The notes under the pieces were generated by a model. The model was not told the DNA's origin. It did no database searches and saw only the letters and a list, made by a program, of their open reading frames with translations. Positions 31,546 to 44,864 of a DNA stretch of 64,000 bases are shown piece by piece. The translations under genes were made by a program, and so were the position numbers. Positions within the stretch are counted from its first letter, which is position 1. Each line of letters opens with the position of its first letter. Source of the DNA: an uncultured bacterium (GTDB taxonomy: Bacteria; Armatimonadota; Abditibacteriia; Abditibacteriales; Abditibacteriaceae); contig CAWJLW010000006.1 in assembly GCA_963843795.1 (NCBI GenBank), forward strand, positions 3,546,375 through 3,610,374, given 5' to 3'.

Positions 31546-32628
31546 ATGTTCTGCACTTATCTTTATAAAACCCGCACCAGCCAATTGAGCGTGCTCGACC
31601 CCGAACAAATGCGGGCCGATATGCCGACCGGCGAAGAAGTTGAAGCCAAGCAGGAACGTTTGAGGCGCAAGAAATTTAAGGGCGCGGGCCATCGCGGGCG
31701 TCCACAATGTCGCGTCGGCGAGATGATGTGGGTCGATATTACGGCACCAACCGACGACGATTACGCGCTCTTGCGCGAGCGTTTCGGTTTGCACGCCATG
31801 GTGTTGGAGGACGTGCGCGAACACGAAGGGCGCCCCAAATTGCATTCGTATGGCGATTACTTATACGTGGTATTTTTCGCGTTGAGCTGGAAACAAGTCA
31901 CGGCTGATGAAGAACCCGATCATTTCAAGCTCGAAGTTCACGAAATCGACTGTCTGATCGGTTGCGATTATCTCATCACTATTCACGATACGCCGCTGTT
32001 GCCGCTCGATGATTTGCGCGACCGCTGGATGATGCGCCCCGATATGATGCGTAGCGGAACCGGCTATCTGCTTTATGAAATCATGGACGAAGTGATGGAC
32101 GATTATTTTCCATTATTGAACGCAATGGACGAACACATCGACGATTTCGAGGAACGACTTTTCGATGCCAGCGACGAGAAAGTGTTCAGCGGCAACAACA
32201 CGCTTTCGACCGAAATTTTCGCCCTCAAACGCGACCTCATCCAAATCCGGCGCATCGCTGGCCCCACGCGCGATGTCGTCAACATTCTCTTGCGCCGCGA
32301 CGCCGATACTGGCGGGCGCAACTTCGCTTACTATCAGGATTTATACGACCACGCCGCGCGCATCGTCGATCAAATCGACAGCTTCCGCGAAATGCTGACC
32401 GGTGCTTTGGACGCTTATCTCGCGACCGAAAGCAATCGCATGAACAAGGTGATGAAAACCCTCACCGCGTGCTCGATTATTTTGCTGGTGCCGAACTTAA
32501 TCGCCGCGATTTACGGCATGAATTTCAACGATATGCCGATTGCGCACGGTTTCTGGGGGTCGTTGGGTGTAATGGCGATCACGATTATGGCGCTCGGCGC
32601 GTTCTTCAAGCGCTTGAACTGGCTGTGA
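31546..32628 (+). CDS. corA: CorA family Mg/Co transporter
   Basis: RPKL, MNKVMKTLT, YGMNF signature. Confidence 0.93.
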   Translation: MFCTYLYKTRTSQLSVLDPEQMRADMPTGEEVEAKQERLRRKKFKGAGHRGRPQCRVGEMMWVDITAPTDDDYALLRERFGLHAMVLEDVREHEGRPKLHSYGDYLYVVFFALSWKQVTADEEPDHFKLEVHEIDCLIGCDYLITIHDTPLLPLDDLRDRWMMRPDMMRSGTGYLLYEIMDEVMDDYFPLLNAMDEHIDDFEERLFDASDEKVFSGNNTLSTEIFALKRDLIQIRRIAGPTRDVVNILLRRDADTGGRNFAYYQDLYDHAARIVDQIDSFREMLTGALDAYLATESNRMNKVMKTLTACSIILLVPNLIAAIYGMNFNDMPIAHGFWGSLGVMAITIMALGAFFKRLNWL

Positions 32629-32720
32629 GTGTTGGAAAGTCGCAATGGAAATTTAAAAGGTGGAACGGGCGCTGCAAGTACTTGCAGCACCCGTTACGCC
32701 ACTTCAAATAAACTGCGCGC

Positions 32721-34804
32721 GTGTCCACACGTTCTCCAATTCGCTCTCAACCAACAACCTCCCGCTTCCTTTCCGCCTGCGCTTTCGATTCGCTTTTTGA
32801 ATTGATGGCGTTCGCCGTTTTGCTGCTGATGTGCGCGGTTGCGCCCTGGGAATTGTCCGGTTTTTGGCCCGTCACGCGCGATTATTTTCCGCAATCGATC
32901 GCCTTGTGCGCGGCAGCCTTCGCCGCGCTGATGCTGGCACTTGCGCCTTCCGATTATAAGGCGCAATTTTCGCCGCTGGGGTGGTGCCTCGTCGGTTTCC
33001 TCGTGTGCAATTTGCTGGCACTGGTTACAGCGGTTTATCAGCACGATGCGCGGCTCGAATTGGCACGACTGGCGGGTGTTCTGGCGTGGTTTTTTATCGC
33101 GCGCCGCTTGCTTGCTTTGCCGGAAAATGAGCGCGTTTTCGCGCGCGCGACCTTGGTTGTGATTGGCGCTTGTCATCGGCGCGCTGGCGGTTTGCGGATT
33201 GGCGATTTTAGAATTCGCTCAAACGCGCGCCAATCAGATTTCCACTTTCTACAACGCCAACTTGTTCGCCAATTACGCGGCGCTGGCGCTGCCCTTGTGT
33301 TTGTGCGCCGCGTTTTGTTTGCGGCGCTTGCTATCTCACGGCCTAGCCGTTGGAATCGGCGTTATTGCCACGCTCATTTGCGCGGGTGGCGCTTTGATTT
33401 CGGGCTCCAAGGGCGGTTTTCTGGCCGCCTTTGTCGGCACTTTGATTTTCCTATTGTCGATTTGGCGCGCGCGCGGCGCGCAGATGAAAAGCGGCGCGCG
33501 CCGTCACGCCAAAGTGCTGGGCGCCAGCACAATTTTGTTTTTAATTGTGGGTGGCGCGCTGTTTGTGAAAACCGTCGGGCCGCGTTTGCAGCGCGCGGGC
33601 GGCAGCGAAAACCATTCGACGATGTTTCGCGTTTACGCGTGGAAATCGACCGTCGACATGCTCCAAGCGCGACCACTTCTCGGTCACGGGCCGGGCAGTT
33701 TTCCTTCGGTGTATACGCAATTTGCGCAGGCCGGCTACACGCGCTCGGCGCACCAATCGTGGTTGCAAATCGCAGGAGAAAGCGGGGTGCCGAGTCTGCT
33801 GTTCCTCATCGGCGCGTTCGCTCTGGCATTGAGAAGGGGCGTGCGACAATTGAAAACATCGCGCTGGCCAATTGCGGCGGGCGCGCTGGGCGCGTTGAGC
33901 GCGATGATCGTGCACGGCTTTATCGACGCCGGTTGGGGCATTTTTTCGATTGCGCTGGCCGTCGCCGTGATTCTGGCGCTGTTGGATGAATCGGAAATGC
34001 AGGAAAACCAAAAGGTCGGACGCTTGAACGTGGCTTGGCTGTTGGTAATATTGCCCTTAGCGCTGGGCGCATCGTATGGAATGCAGGCACAGAGCGCGGA
34101 GAATTTGAGTTTTGGGTCCGAGGAATTGTTGCGTCAGGGCAATCGCATTGGGGCGCTCAATGCCGCGCAGGCTGCGACGCAAAGCGCGCCGCTCGATGCG
34201 CGCGCGTGGGCGAATTTGGGGCAAATGCGGATTCAAAACGGTGACCGCGACGGCGCGATTGCGGCCTATCGCCAAGCTCACGATCTGCAGCCGACCAAGG
34301 CCAGCCACGTTCTGCGCTTGGCGCAATTGTTGGATAGCGGCGGCGCGGAAAACATGGCCGAAGATTGGTACAATCGCGCGATTGAACTTGATCCGCGCGA
34401 CATCGGTTTGCGCATTCAACGCGCGCAGTGGCTGGAAAAACAAGGGCGCAACTGAAGAAGCGCTGAAAGACTATCAGCGCGTGGTCGAATCGGCGCATGA
34501 GCCGTATGGGCGTTATCCGGCGATTCCCGAAATCGTCGATCTCAATTATAATCGTGCGCGTTTTAAAGTCATCGAAAATGCCTTGCAAACACAGAAATTG
34601 GACGAAGCGCGCCAGTTGATTGCCGATGGTCGCGGCGATTTAGAGCGCGCGCGTAATTTTCTGCGTGATCAGCCCGATATGGCGCGTGCGGTCGAAGAAA
34701 GTGGACAACCGCTGGCCTCGGAAAGCGACATTAATGAGCAAGAACAACGATTTGATGAGCAAGAACAACGATTTGATGAACTGCAAAAGCGTTTGCAAAA
34801 ATAA
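32721..34804 (+). CDS. O-antigen ligase family protein with TPR repeats; two frameshifts (~33160, ~34450)
   Basis: STFYNANLFA, SGSKGG, RPLLGHGPGSF, AHQSWLQIAGESG, TPR-like helices. Confidence 0.8.
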
Positions 34805-34836
34805 TCTGCAAAAACTCGATTCCGCAAAATTTCATT

Positions 34837-35286
34837 ATGAAAACCATCTGCATTTTTCACGGCCCGAATTTGAACCTGTTGGGCCAACGCGAACCTGGCA
34901 TTTACGGAAATACCACACTCGCCGACATTGAAAACGCGCTGCAAGTACTGGCAGCAGAGCTTGGCGTCGAAATTCAGTGCGCGCAATTCAATGGCGAAGG
35001 CGATTTGATTAGTGCGCTGCACGCGACCTTGGATGAAGAAAACATCGGCGGTGTAGTATTGAACGCCGGCGCGTGGACGCATTACTCGTATGCCCTGCGC
35101 GATGCGATTGCGGCGATTACCGTTCCTGTTGTCGAAGTGCATTTGTCGAATACGGCCAAGCGCGAAAGTTGGCGTCATCACAGCGTGATTAGTGCAGTGT
35201 GCACGGGCACGATTTTAGGTTTCGGGCCGCTTTCGTATCAGTTGGGATTGCGCGCCATCGTGCAAGTACCTGCGGAGGCCCATTGA
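34837..35286 (+). CDS. aroQ: Type II 3-dehydroquinate dehydratase
   Basis: HGPNLNLLGQREPGIYG, NAGAWTHYS, EVHLSN. Confidence 0.96.
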   Translation: MKTICIFHGPNLNLLGQREPGIYGNTTLADIENALQVLAAELGVEIQCAQFNGEGDLISALHATLDEENIGGVVLNAGAWTHYSYALRDAIAAITVPVVEVHLSNTAKRESWRHHSVISAVCTGTILGFGPLSYQLGLRAIVQVPAEAH

Positions 35287-35495
35287 AGGCTGCAGGGGAC
35301 TTGCAGCCATAGGCAGCACCTTGGAGATGCACAAATCGGCACAGTTGTTAAAATAAGCTCGCACTTCGCACAGATTTTCATAAAGGGCCACATTTTCGGG
35401 TGGCGAAAGTTGAAGACGGAAAGTGAAGTCATCGCAATGGCGACACGTTTGAAATGGGAAACGCAGCGGTTGCGATGAACCTTGGAGGCAGTGAA

Positions 35496-36686
35496 ATGGC
35501 AAAAAAACAGTTTTATTTTTCTTCGGAATCGGTGACCGAAGGCCATCCCGACAAAATGGCCGACCAGATTTCTGACGCCGTGCTCGATGCGATCATCAAA
35601 GACGATCCGCGCGCGCGCGTCGCCTGCGAAACCTTTCTCGCGACCGGTCTGGTTCTGGTCGGTGGCGAAATCACCACCGACACTTATGTCGAAATCCCCA
35701 ACGTCGTGCGCGGCGTCATCAAAGACATCGGTTATTCGCGCGCCAAATTCGGCTTCGATTACCTGACCGCGGGCGTCTTGACTTCGATTGGCAAGCAATC
35801 GCCCGACATCGCCCAAGGCGTCAATACCGCTGAGGAAACGCGCGTCGAGGGTTCGCACGACGATTACGATAAAGTCGGCGCGGGCGATCAGGGCATGATG
35901 TTCGGCTACGCCTGCGACGACACGCCGCAATTGATGCCGCTGCCGATTCAGATGGCGCACAAACTGGCCAAGCGTTTGGCCGAAGTGCGCAAAAACGGCA
36001 CGCTGCTATATTTGCGTCCCGATGGCAAAACCCAAGTCACCGTGCGCTACGAAGATGACAAGCCGGTCGCCATCGACAAAGTGTTGATTTCGACCCAACA
36101 TCGCCCCGACGTCAAGCAGGAAGAAATTCGTCGCGACTTGATCGAACACGTCATTCAACCCGCCTTGGGCGATTGGTATCACGACAAAATCGAAATTTTC
36201 GTCAACCCGACCGGTCGTTTCGTGATCGGCGGCCCGCAGGGCGATGCCGGTTTGACCGGACGCAAAATTATCGTCGATACTTATGGCGGCATGGGCCGTC
36301 ACGGCGGCGGCGCGTTTTCGGGCAAAGACCCGACAAAAGTCGACCGCTCGGCAGCGTATATGATGCGCCACGTGGCGAAAAATATCGTCGCCTCGGGCGT
36401 GGCCTCGCGCTGCGAAACTCAGGTCGCTTATGCGATTGGCAAAGCGCATCCCTTGTCGGTTTACGTGAATACCTTTGGCACCGGACAAGTCGAGGACGAA
36501 AAAATCGCGCAAGCGGTGAAAGAAACCTTTGACTTGCGTCCGGGCGCGATTATCAAGCATCTCGATTTGCTGCGTCCGATTTATCGCAAAACCGCCGCTT
36601 ATGGTCACTTTGGTCGCGAAGACGCCGATTTCACTTGGGAGAACACCGGCCACGCCGAAACCCTCAAAGCCAAATTGAGCGTGTAA
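35496..36686 (+). CDS. metK: S-adenosylmethionine synthetase
   Basis: [34 protein letters not shown]. Confidence 0.98.
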   Translation: MAKKQFYFSSESVTEGHPDKMADQISDAVLDAIIKDDPRARVACETFLATGLVLVGGEITTDTYVEIPNVVRGVIKDIGYSRAKFGFDYLTAGVLTSIGKQSPDIAQGVNTAEETRVEGSHDDYDKVGAGDQGMMFGYACDDTPQLMPLPIQMAHKLAKRLAEVRKNGTLLYLRPDGKTQVTVRYEDDKPVAIDKVLISTQHRPDVKQEEIRRDLIEHVIQPALGDWYHDKIEIFVNPTGRFVIGGPQGDAGLTGRKIIVDTYGGMGRHGGGAFSGKDPTKVDRSAAYMMRHVAKNIVASGVASRCETQVAYAIGKAHPLSVYVNTFGTGQVEDEKIAQAVKETFDLRPGAIIKHLDLLRPIYRKTAAYGHFGREDADFTWENTGHAETLKAKLSV

Positions 36687-36999
36687 AATTTCGTAAAAAT
36701 GCTCTGCAATTACTTGCAGAAAGCCAAAAAAGAGATTCTCGTATTTGCGGGAATCTCTTTTTTGTGAAAATCGCACCACACTTTGGTGCGCTAGTGGTCA
36801 GAAATCGGCGCAAACAGCAACCCAAGCGCAAGCGTACGCAGAATTGCCACTGGACATGCCACTGGACTTGCACCCGTGGGCGCGCGCGGTGAAAATAAAC
36901 GCATCCCATTGGAAAACAGCCATAACGAGAAAGTGATTTAGCAAGAATTAAGAGACGAATAAAAAAAATGTTTCAAGCAGATTTGCGAGGAGGCAGATT

Positions 37000-38409
37000 T
37001 TGGCAAACGAATATCCCACAGACAACGCATCCGCGGTGGCGCCGACCGGCGATACCGGCGCGCACGACCGGGCGCGCTTGAATTCCGATTACTGGCTACA
37101 ACATCGCGACAAATTGTTTATCGCCAGTTGTATGGCGCTTATCGTGACGGCGATGTCGTTCGCGATTCGCGGCGACACGATGGGCGATGTCGGCACGCAC
37201 TTTAATTTCACCAAGGAAGACTTAGGAAAAATTGGCGGCATCGCGTTTTTGGGCTTCACGCTGGCGATGGTCGGCGGTGGCCCGTTGTGCGACGTCGTCG
37301 GCATGGGACGTTTGCTGATGCTGGCCGTTTTGGGACACGCTGGCGGCATTATTCTCTCGATTGTGGCGCAGAATTACACGATGTTCTTCGCGGGCACCTT
37401 GTTGATCGGTTTGGGCAATGGTCTGGTCGAAGCGGCCTGTAACCCTTTAATTGCCACGCTTTATCCCGATCAAAAAATAAAACGCTTAAACCTGTTCCAT
37501 ATGTGGTTTCCCGGCGGCATCGTGATCGGTGGCTTGGTGTCGTATGCGATTACGCAAGCCGGAATCAGTCCAAGCATTAGCTGGCAAGTGAAGCTGGGGA
37601 CCATGCTGCTGCCCCTCGCGATTTACGCCTTTTTGTTTGTCGGCAAAAAATTCCCGCAAACCGAGCGCGTGGCCTCCAATGTCTCGACCGGCGAAATGTT
37701 CAAGAAGTGTCTTAGCCCGTTGTTTTTGTTGTTTGTGGTTTGCATGTTGATGACCGCAGCGACCGAACTGGTGACCGGCCAATGGTTGCCCGATATTTTG
37801 ACCGTCACGACCGGCATTTCCGGCATTTTGTTCTTGGTGCTCATCAACGGCTTGATGGCGATTGGTCGCGGTTCGGCGGGCGCTCTGGTGCATCGCTTGT
37901 CTCCGATTGCGATTTTGATCACGTCTTCGGTTTTCTCGGCCCTGGGCTTGTTCCTGCTGACGCGCGCCAATAACGCGGGCAGCGGCTTTATCGGCGCGAT
38001 TATTTTCGCGATCGGTGTGTGTTTCTACTGGCCGACGATGTTGGGCGTGGTGTCCGAACGCTTCCCCAAAACCGGAGCGTTGGGACTAGCGATTATGGGC
38101 GGAGCCGGCAACCTGTCGGTTGCAGCCTTTATGCCCTTTGTGGGCAAGGTGTACGATGAGGGCATCGCCAACGCTGCCGGTGGTGCCGATAAATTGACCG
38201 CCCTGCAAAACGGTGGCGAAGCGACCAAGACCGCTTTGACGCACGCGCAAGCCGCTGGCGGTCAAGCGGCTCTCAGCTCCCTGCTGGCGCTTCCCGTGAT
38301 TCTGGCGATCGTTTTCACCGCGATGTATTTGTATGACAAGGCGCGCGGCGGCTATCAGGAAGAAGTTCTGGTGCAGCACCACAACGTCGCCGAAGAAGTT
38401 TCCGCGTAA
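37000..38409 (+). CDS. MFS transporter (sugar permease-like)
   Basis: About 12 TM; GNGLVEAACNPL, WFPGGIVIG, WPTMLG; TTG start after GAGGAGG. Confidence 0.88.
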   Translation: MANEYPTDNASAVAPTGDTGAHDRARLNSDYWLQHRDKLFIASCMALIVTAMSFAIRGDTMGDVGTHFNFTKEDLGKIGGIAFLGFTLAMVGGGPLCDVVGMGRLLMLAVLGHAGGIILSIVAQNYTMFFAGTLLIGLGNGLVEAACNPLIATLYPDQKIKRLNLFHMWFPGGIVIGGLVSYAITQAGISPSISWQVKLGTMLLPLAIYAFLFVGKKFPQTERVASNVSTGEMFKKCLSPLFLLFVVCMLMTAATELVTGQWLPDILTVTTGISGILFLVLINGLMAIGRGSAGALVHRLSPIAILITSSVFSALGLFLLTRANNAGSGFIGAIIFAIGVCFYWPTMLGVVSERFPKTGALGLAIMGGAGNLSVAAFMPFVGKVYDEGIANAAGGADKLTALQNGGEATKTALTHAQAAGGQAALSSLLALPVILAIVFTAMYLYDKARGGYQEEVLVQHHNVAEEVSA

Positions 38410-38479
38410 ATTCAAGTCCCAAAAAGCGCCCGCCAGCACTTGCTACAAGTGCGGCGGGCCTTTTCCATTTTCTATACCC

Positions 38480-38957
38480 ATGCAAGGCGAAATCGTTCAA
38501 ATCAGCGTGAATCCGCGCGGTGGCGTGCCGAAGCTGCGAGTTGCAAGCGCGCATTTGGGAACCGAAGGCGTTGAGGGCGATAAACAGCGCGACCGCCGTT
38601 TTCATGGCGGCCCCGAACGCGCGGTGTGTTTGTATGCACTCGAAATGATTGAAGCCTTGCAAGGCGAAGGTCATCCGATTGATTGCGGCACGACGGGCGA
38701 AAACCTGACGATTCGCGGCTTGGATTGGAGCCAAATCCAACCCGGAACGCGTTTGCAAATCGGCGAAGATATCGAGTTGGAAATCGCATCTTATACCGCG
38801 CCCTGCAAAAATATCGCGGCCTCGTTTATCGATGGCGAATTCATGCGCATTTCGCAGAAAAAACACGCTGGGCAAAGCCGATTGTATGCGCGCGTCTTGC
38901 GCGAAGGAACCGCGCATGAAGGGCGATACCGTTTGTGTTGTGGACGTTCAAAACTGA
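38480..38957 (+). CDS. MOSC domain protein (YiiM-like); probable extra G near 38921
   Basis: GGVPK, HGGPERAVC, GENL, PC motif, YARVLREG. Confidence 0.85.
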
Positions 38958-38964
38958 AAATTTG

Positions 38965-39006
38965 GACCAAAACCGTGCTGCAAGTACTTGCAGCACGGTT
39001 TTGGTC
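38965..39006. repeat. Perfect 42-bp palindrome centred on the iterated motif
   Basis: gaccaaaaccgtgctgcaagtacttgcagcacggttttggtc. Confidence 0.92.
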
Positions 39007-39392
39007 TTGGCAAGCGTAAGACTATCCTTTATATTGAAGATAATCTAGACAACCCTAAATTCGTTGAGCGTGCGCTGTCGCTGAAAAATTATCGGATTAA
39101 GTTTCTGGCAGCCATGCAAGGCAGTAGCGGTCTGGAGATGGCAGCGCAGAACAAGCCGGACGTGATTCTGCTAGATATTCACCTGCCAGACATCACGGGC
39201 GATGTTGTATTGAGACAATTACAAGCTAACGATGCAACGCGGGCCATTCCAGTTATTGTGTTAAGCGCCGATGCTACCCCTAGCCAAATAGCTCGCTTGC
39301 GCGCAGAGGGAGCAACGGATTATTTGACCAAGCCTTTGAACCTGAAGAAACTGTATCAAACCTTGGAGCAAGTGTTAAAAAGGTATCAATAA
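39007..39392 (+). pseudogene. Orphan response-regulator receiver domain without a convincing start
   Basis: ILYIEDN, PDVILLDIHLPD, LSADA, YLTKP; no ATG or RBS before the domain. Confidence 0.7.
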
Positions 39393-40110
39393 AAGATGCA
39401 CTCAGAAATACTTTAACTTATTTTCCACCAAACTGAGTAAATGCAAATGCAGATCCTGATGGCTTTTAATATTTCTCGGTCTCAACGCAGCAATTTGTGC
39501 CCAACGCAGCAATTCATTTTCACGTATTACTTTCACGCATTACTTTCACGTCGTAGCGTGCCAGTTCTTCATCGTAGAAATGTGCTTGCTGGGAAAATAT
39601 GTGTGCCGTTTTGCCGAGTTTCCTTTCCAATTGATTGGAAATGAGCGTATATGAGTTCAGCGCCCTCATACAAGGTCACTCTTTTGGACTGACTTTGCCA
39701 ATAAAAACGAAGCAAGCCAAAAAGCTCCGTGAGAATCAGCAATCTTTTGTGATTCTATTTTTATATCGATGAGCTGCTGCTCACCTGTTGCTTACCGGGT
39801 CTGGAGTAGGGAAGCGCGTTCGATTGAATTTTCGCAGCATTCTGAGCAAAAGCAAATAGCGATGGTTGGTTTGGTGAAGCATCATGCTGACTTTTTGGGA
39901 TGGACAAAAGATGCGTGTCCAGGAACGCCGTTGAACCGTAGTGACCACCTTTTGAGGAAGATCCGAAGACTTTCGATGCCAGTGGTATCATTGTTTGCGT
40001 CGAGCCCAGGCCAAACTCAAACCCATCAAACTGCTCGGAGTTTGGAAAGCCAAAGGGCACAAGACGATGCTGACGATGCTGTTGTAGAGCAATTTCGATA
40101 CGGAGCAAAT

Positions 40111-40356
40111 ATGACTAAAACGATTCAAATTAGTGAAGAAGAAGCTCGGGCGTTGGTTTCTATTCTGCAAGCGGTCACCGTAGAGCTTGGAAAGGTGCGC
40201 CATGAGTTGCGTGCAACCGGGCATGACAAAATGGTTTTGTGCAGCGATGAGTTCTCAGAACAACTGCATGAGTTAACGACGTTACTCGAAGGTAATTTAT
40301 ACAAAGCGCGACTAGCGCCGATGCTGCCCGAATTCGATGCCAATAATTTAAATTGA
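40111..40356 (+). CDS. Small hypothetical protein
   Basis: ATG after GGAG, 81 aa, helical composition. Confidence 0.4.
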   Translation: MTKTIQISEEEARALVSILQAVTVELGKVRHELRATGHDKMVLCSDEFSEQLHELTTLLEGNLYKARLAPMLPEFDANNLN

Positions 40357-40441
40357 GTCTCGCGCAACATTAATAATAAATAAGCGCCTTACGAGTACTT
40401 GCAGGGCGCTTATCTGCTCCTTCCTCACCAGTTCGGACTTC

Positions 40442-40690
40442 TTATTTCGGTGAACCTCGTCTGAGGTCTCCCTCGTTAGATGACAACAGATCTCCATAAT
40501 GAAGATGCAATTTGTGGTCGGCTTTGTTGGCATCGCGCGCGGCAGTCGGGCACAAATGGTCGATGCGGTCAGTATTGAAAGTCGAAGCGCGGCGCACCAC
40601 GCCATGCACTTCATAATTTTTTTCTAAGAGTAATTCAGCCAGATAGCTGCCGTCCTGACCGGTAATGCCGGTCACCAATGCTTTTTTCAC
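40442..40690 (-). pseudogene. gmd: GDP-mannose 4,6-dehydratase, N-terminal fragment only
   Basis: [21 protein letters not shown]...LHYGDL, then homology stops. Confidence 0.9.
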
Positions 40691-40822
40691 TTCGACTCCA
40701 CAAGATATTGTATTTTGTCGTCTTCTCCGGCCACGCGTCGCAATTCAGCTTCGACCAGAAATTCGACCAGCTCATCGAACTTCATCGTTGGTTCCCAGCC
40801 TAACTTGTGGCGCGCTTTAGAT

Positions 40823-42422
<1,600 letters not shown>

Positions 42423-43197
42423 CTAAATGCGCGCGACTGCTTGAGTAATTTTGCGCGTTACAAATTGCGTCGGGCGCAAGGGCGATTCATGGTTAAATAA
42501 AATGCCACAACTGGCATGATAATCATACGATTCGCGATAATTAACCGTCATCCAGTGGGCGTAAACTTTGGCTGCACCATACGGGCTGCGCGGATAAAAG
42601 GGAGTGGTTTCGAGTTGTGGGACATCACGCGCCTTGCCATACATTTCGCTCGATGAAGCCTGATAAAAGCGCGATTGCGGACAAATTTTATAAGCCGCTT
42701 CCAATAAATGCGCTACTCCTAACCCCGTGACTTCACCCGTCAAAGTCGGCTCTTGAAACGAGCGCGCGACCGAACTTTGCGCGGCTAAATTATAAATTTC
42801 GTCCGGCTCAGTTGCTTTGATGGCGTTTTGCAAAGTGCGCGCGTTCTCGAAATCGATCTCTACTAAACGCACATCGCGTTCAATTCCCAGCGCACAAAGA
42901 GCCGGACTGGTCAATCCAGCCGGTTTCGACCCCACACGCACCGTGCCCGTAACGCAGTGACCTTTCTGCAGTAGCAGACGGGCCAGATAGGCACCGTCCT
43001 GTCCAGTGATTCCTGTGACCAAGGCTTTTTTCACTTCGGCTCCACAATATGATTGTATTTTTTCAGGTTCTGCGGCCGCGCGGGATAATTGCTGAGTGCA
43101 CTTTATCTACAATTGCTCAGAAAATTGAATCGAAACTGCCGCTGCAAGTCCCCGTAGTAGCGCTTTGTAGTAGCGCTTTTGCATATTTCCACAAGAC

Positions 43198-43428
43198 TTA
43201 CTCCGTAGTCTCAACGAACTCAACCAGTTCGCTAATCGAATTGACTTTGAAATAAGCGCATAGCGTGTTTAGCGTAGATAAATAAACTTTGTCGATGTTT
43301 CCGTTGTTGACGCGTTGGACAGTGTTCAATGCGAGACCTGTCTCTTTCGCTATTGTGCGCAGCGATAAATCTCGCCTTTCTTTTAATGCCTTTTTTCGGC
43401 GTAAATCTTCAAACTGGCTTTTAATCAT
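43198..43428 (-). CDS. Xre/Cro-like helix-turn-helix regulator
   Basis: SLRTIAKETGLALNTV, TLNTLCAYF..ISELV. Confidence 0.85.
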   Translation of the reverse strand: MIKSQFEDLRRKKALKERRDLSLRTIAKETGLALNTVQRVNNGNIDKVYLSTLNTLCAYFKVNSISELVEFVETTE

Positions 43429-43508
43429 TTTCTCACCTGTGTCTCTATGATAAGTCAAGCGCAAGTGAAATTCAATATTTATGCATTAAAAAGGTAATTC
43501 AAATGAAC

Positions 43509-43536
43509 TTGACCTGTGATGCAAGAATGATAAAAT
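43509..43536 (+). promoter_or_regulatory. Sigma70-type promoter divergent from the Xre gene
   Basis: TTGACC-N16-TAAAAT with TGn extension; hairpin cacgccggatg/catccggcgtg follows at 43557-43584. Confidence 0.55.
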
Positions 43537-43639
43537 ATAAAGCGTAGAAACGCGAACACGCCGGATGCGGGAACATCCGGCGTGGCTACGGGAAGTAGCA
43601 GCAAACATTCTACAAAAATCAATTTAGCGGGAAGTAGAG

Positions 43640-43949
43640 ATGATTCACTGCGAAGCAGTTATCGTGCCCGATGGGTACGATTCAAACTGTCACAACGGAT
43701 GAAGTCGAATTTGCTAGCGCATTTTATGAAGTCGCTTTGCGAGACGGCTACGAAGTCGATGCGCAAGTACTTGCCGATGGCACCCATCAAATCACATTTG
43801 GCGGCGAAGATAACGATGTGGCCGCACTACTTCAAGCGGCTTACACGCTCGAAAATGAACGTTTTGAGGCTATGTATGCCCGCGAACAAGAGCGGCTGCA
43901 GTACTTGCGGGTGCCGTATGAGCTGTCAAGCGATCCAAGCAGTTTTTAA
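43640..43949 (+). CDS. Small acidic hypothetical protein (start 43640 with one indel, or 43671)
   Basis: ORF 43671..43949; upstream ATG joins it if one G is removed. Confidence 0.45.
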
Positions 43950-44864
43950 GTTTTCGCACAGCAAGGGCAGCGCTCGACTGCTTTTACTCTGCATAGCTCA
44001 CCATGCACAGCCAGATGGCACGAATGCTCGCATGGCAATTCCAACACTCGATGACGAAACCAAAATTGACCGTACACGAGATCCAACGGCTACTTAAAGA
44101 GCTTGACAGAGAATTGGGAGAACTGGCTCGTGAAATTGGTGGTGGTCGCGAAACCAGTAGCTATGCAATTTTACTTACCGATTGGCAAACGAGCCGCCGC
44201 TCAGGAGAGGCCGTTCATAGACGGCGGTGGCATCAATAGCACGGTGCCGCTTGGAGAGGGCCGCTCTAGGGACGGCCCCTGCCGCCGCTCAGGAACAGCC
44301 CGTACATAAACAAACAGCTGTTGAATCATCTGTTGTTTTTAATAAAGAACAAACAACAGCCGAACAAACAACAGCCGAACACACGCAGCTTCTGGCCGCT
44401 TTGGAAGCCGAGGGCGTGATTCGGAGTGTCGCGCTGGATTTGGTCGCCAATCCGCAAACGCTCGCGCGCGTATTCCGCTCCAGCTCGCATATCTGAACGA
44501 CCGCCAACCCAAAGATCGGGCAGCGACACTGGTGTCTTCAATTCGCAAAAATTGGAATGCACCCGCCCCTTACGTCCAGCGCGAGCGTGCACGCGAACTC
44601 GAAGTCGCTGAAAGCGCGCGCCGCGCCCATGCACTGGCTCTTCAAAACCAGCTCCGCGAAAACAAAGCGCGGCTTCTGGCCGATACCGAAGCCGAAAACG
44701 CCGCGCTGGACGCGCGATATTGGGAGATGGGGGAGGCTGAACGCGACTGTCTTGATGCCGAAGTGAGGTTACGACTTGGGCCCATCGCTCAGCGCGCTAG
44801 CAGTTCGGGCGCAATTCAAGCGATGCGCCGTAACCTGATGCGCGAGCACGGAATATGCCAATAA
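43918..44864 (+). pseudogene. Winged-HTH, phage replication-initiator-like protein, multiply frameshifted
   Basis: MSCQAIQAVFKFSHSKGSARLLLLCIAHHA N-terminus; GGGRETSSY wing; pieces in ORFs 44003, 44227 and 44532. Confidence 0.45.

Noticed and set aside
35290..35495. Known SAM riboswitch upstream of metK
   Set aside because: I could not find SAM-I, SAM-II or SMK consensus elements by eye; kept only as a low-interest hairpin
42423..42425. Amber readthrough or recoding in gmd
   Set aside because: The same gene is also cut by an IS and no recoding machinery is visible; TAG is used as a normal stop elsewhere in the window
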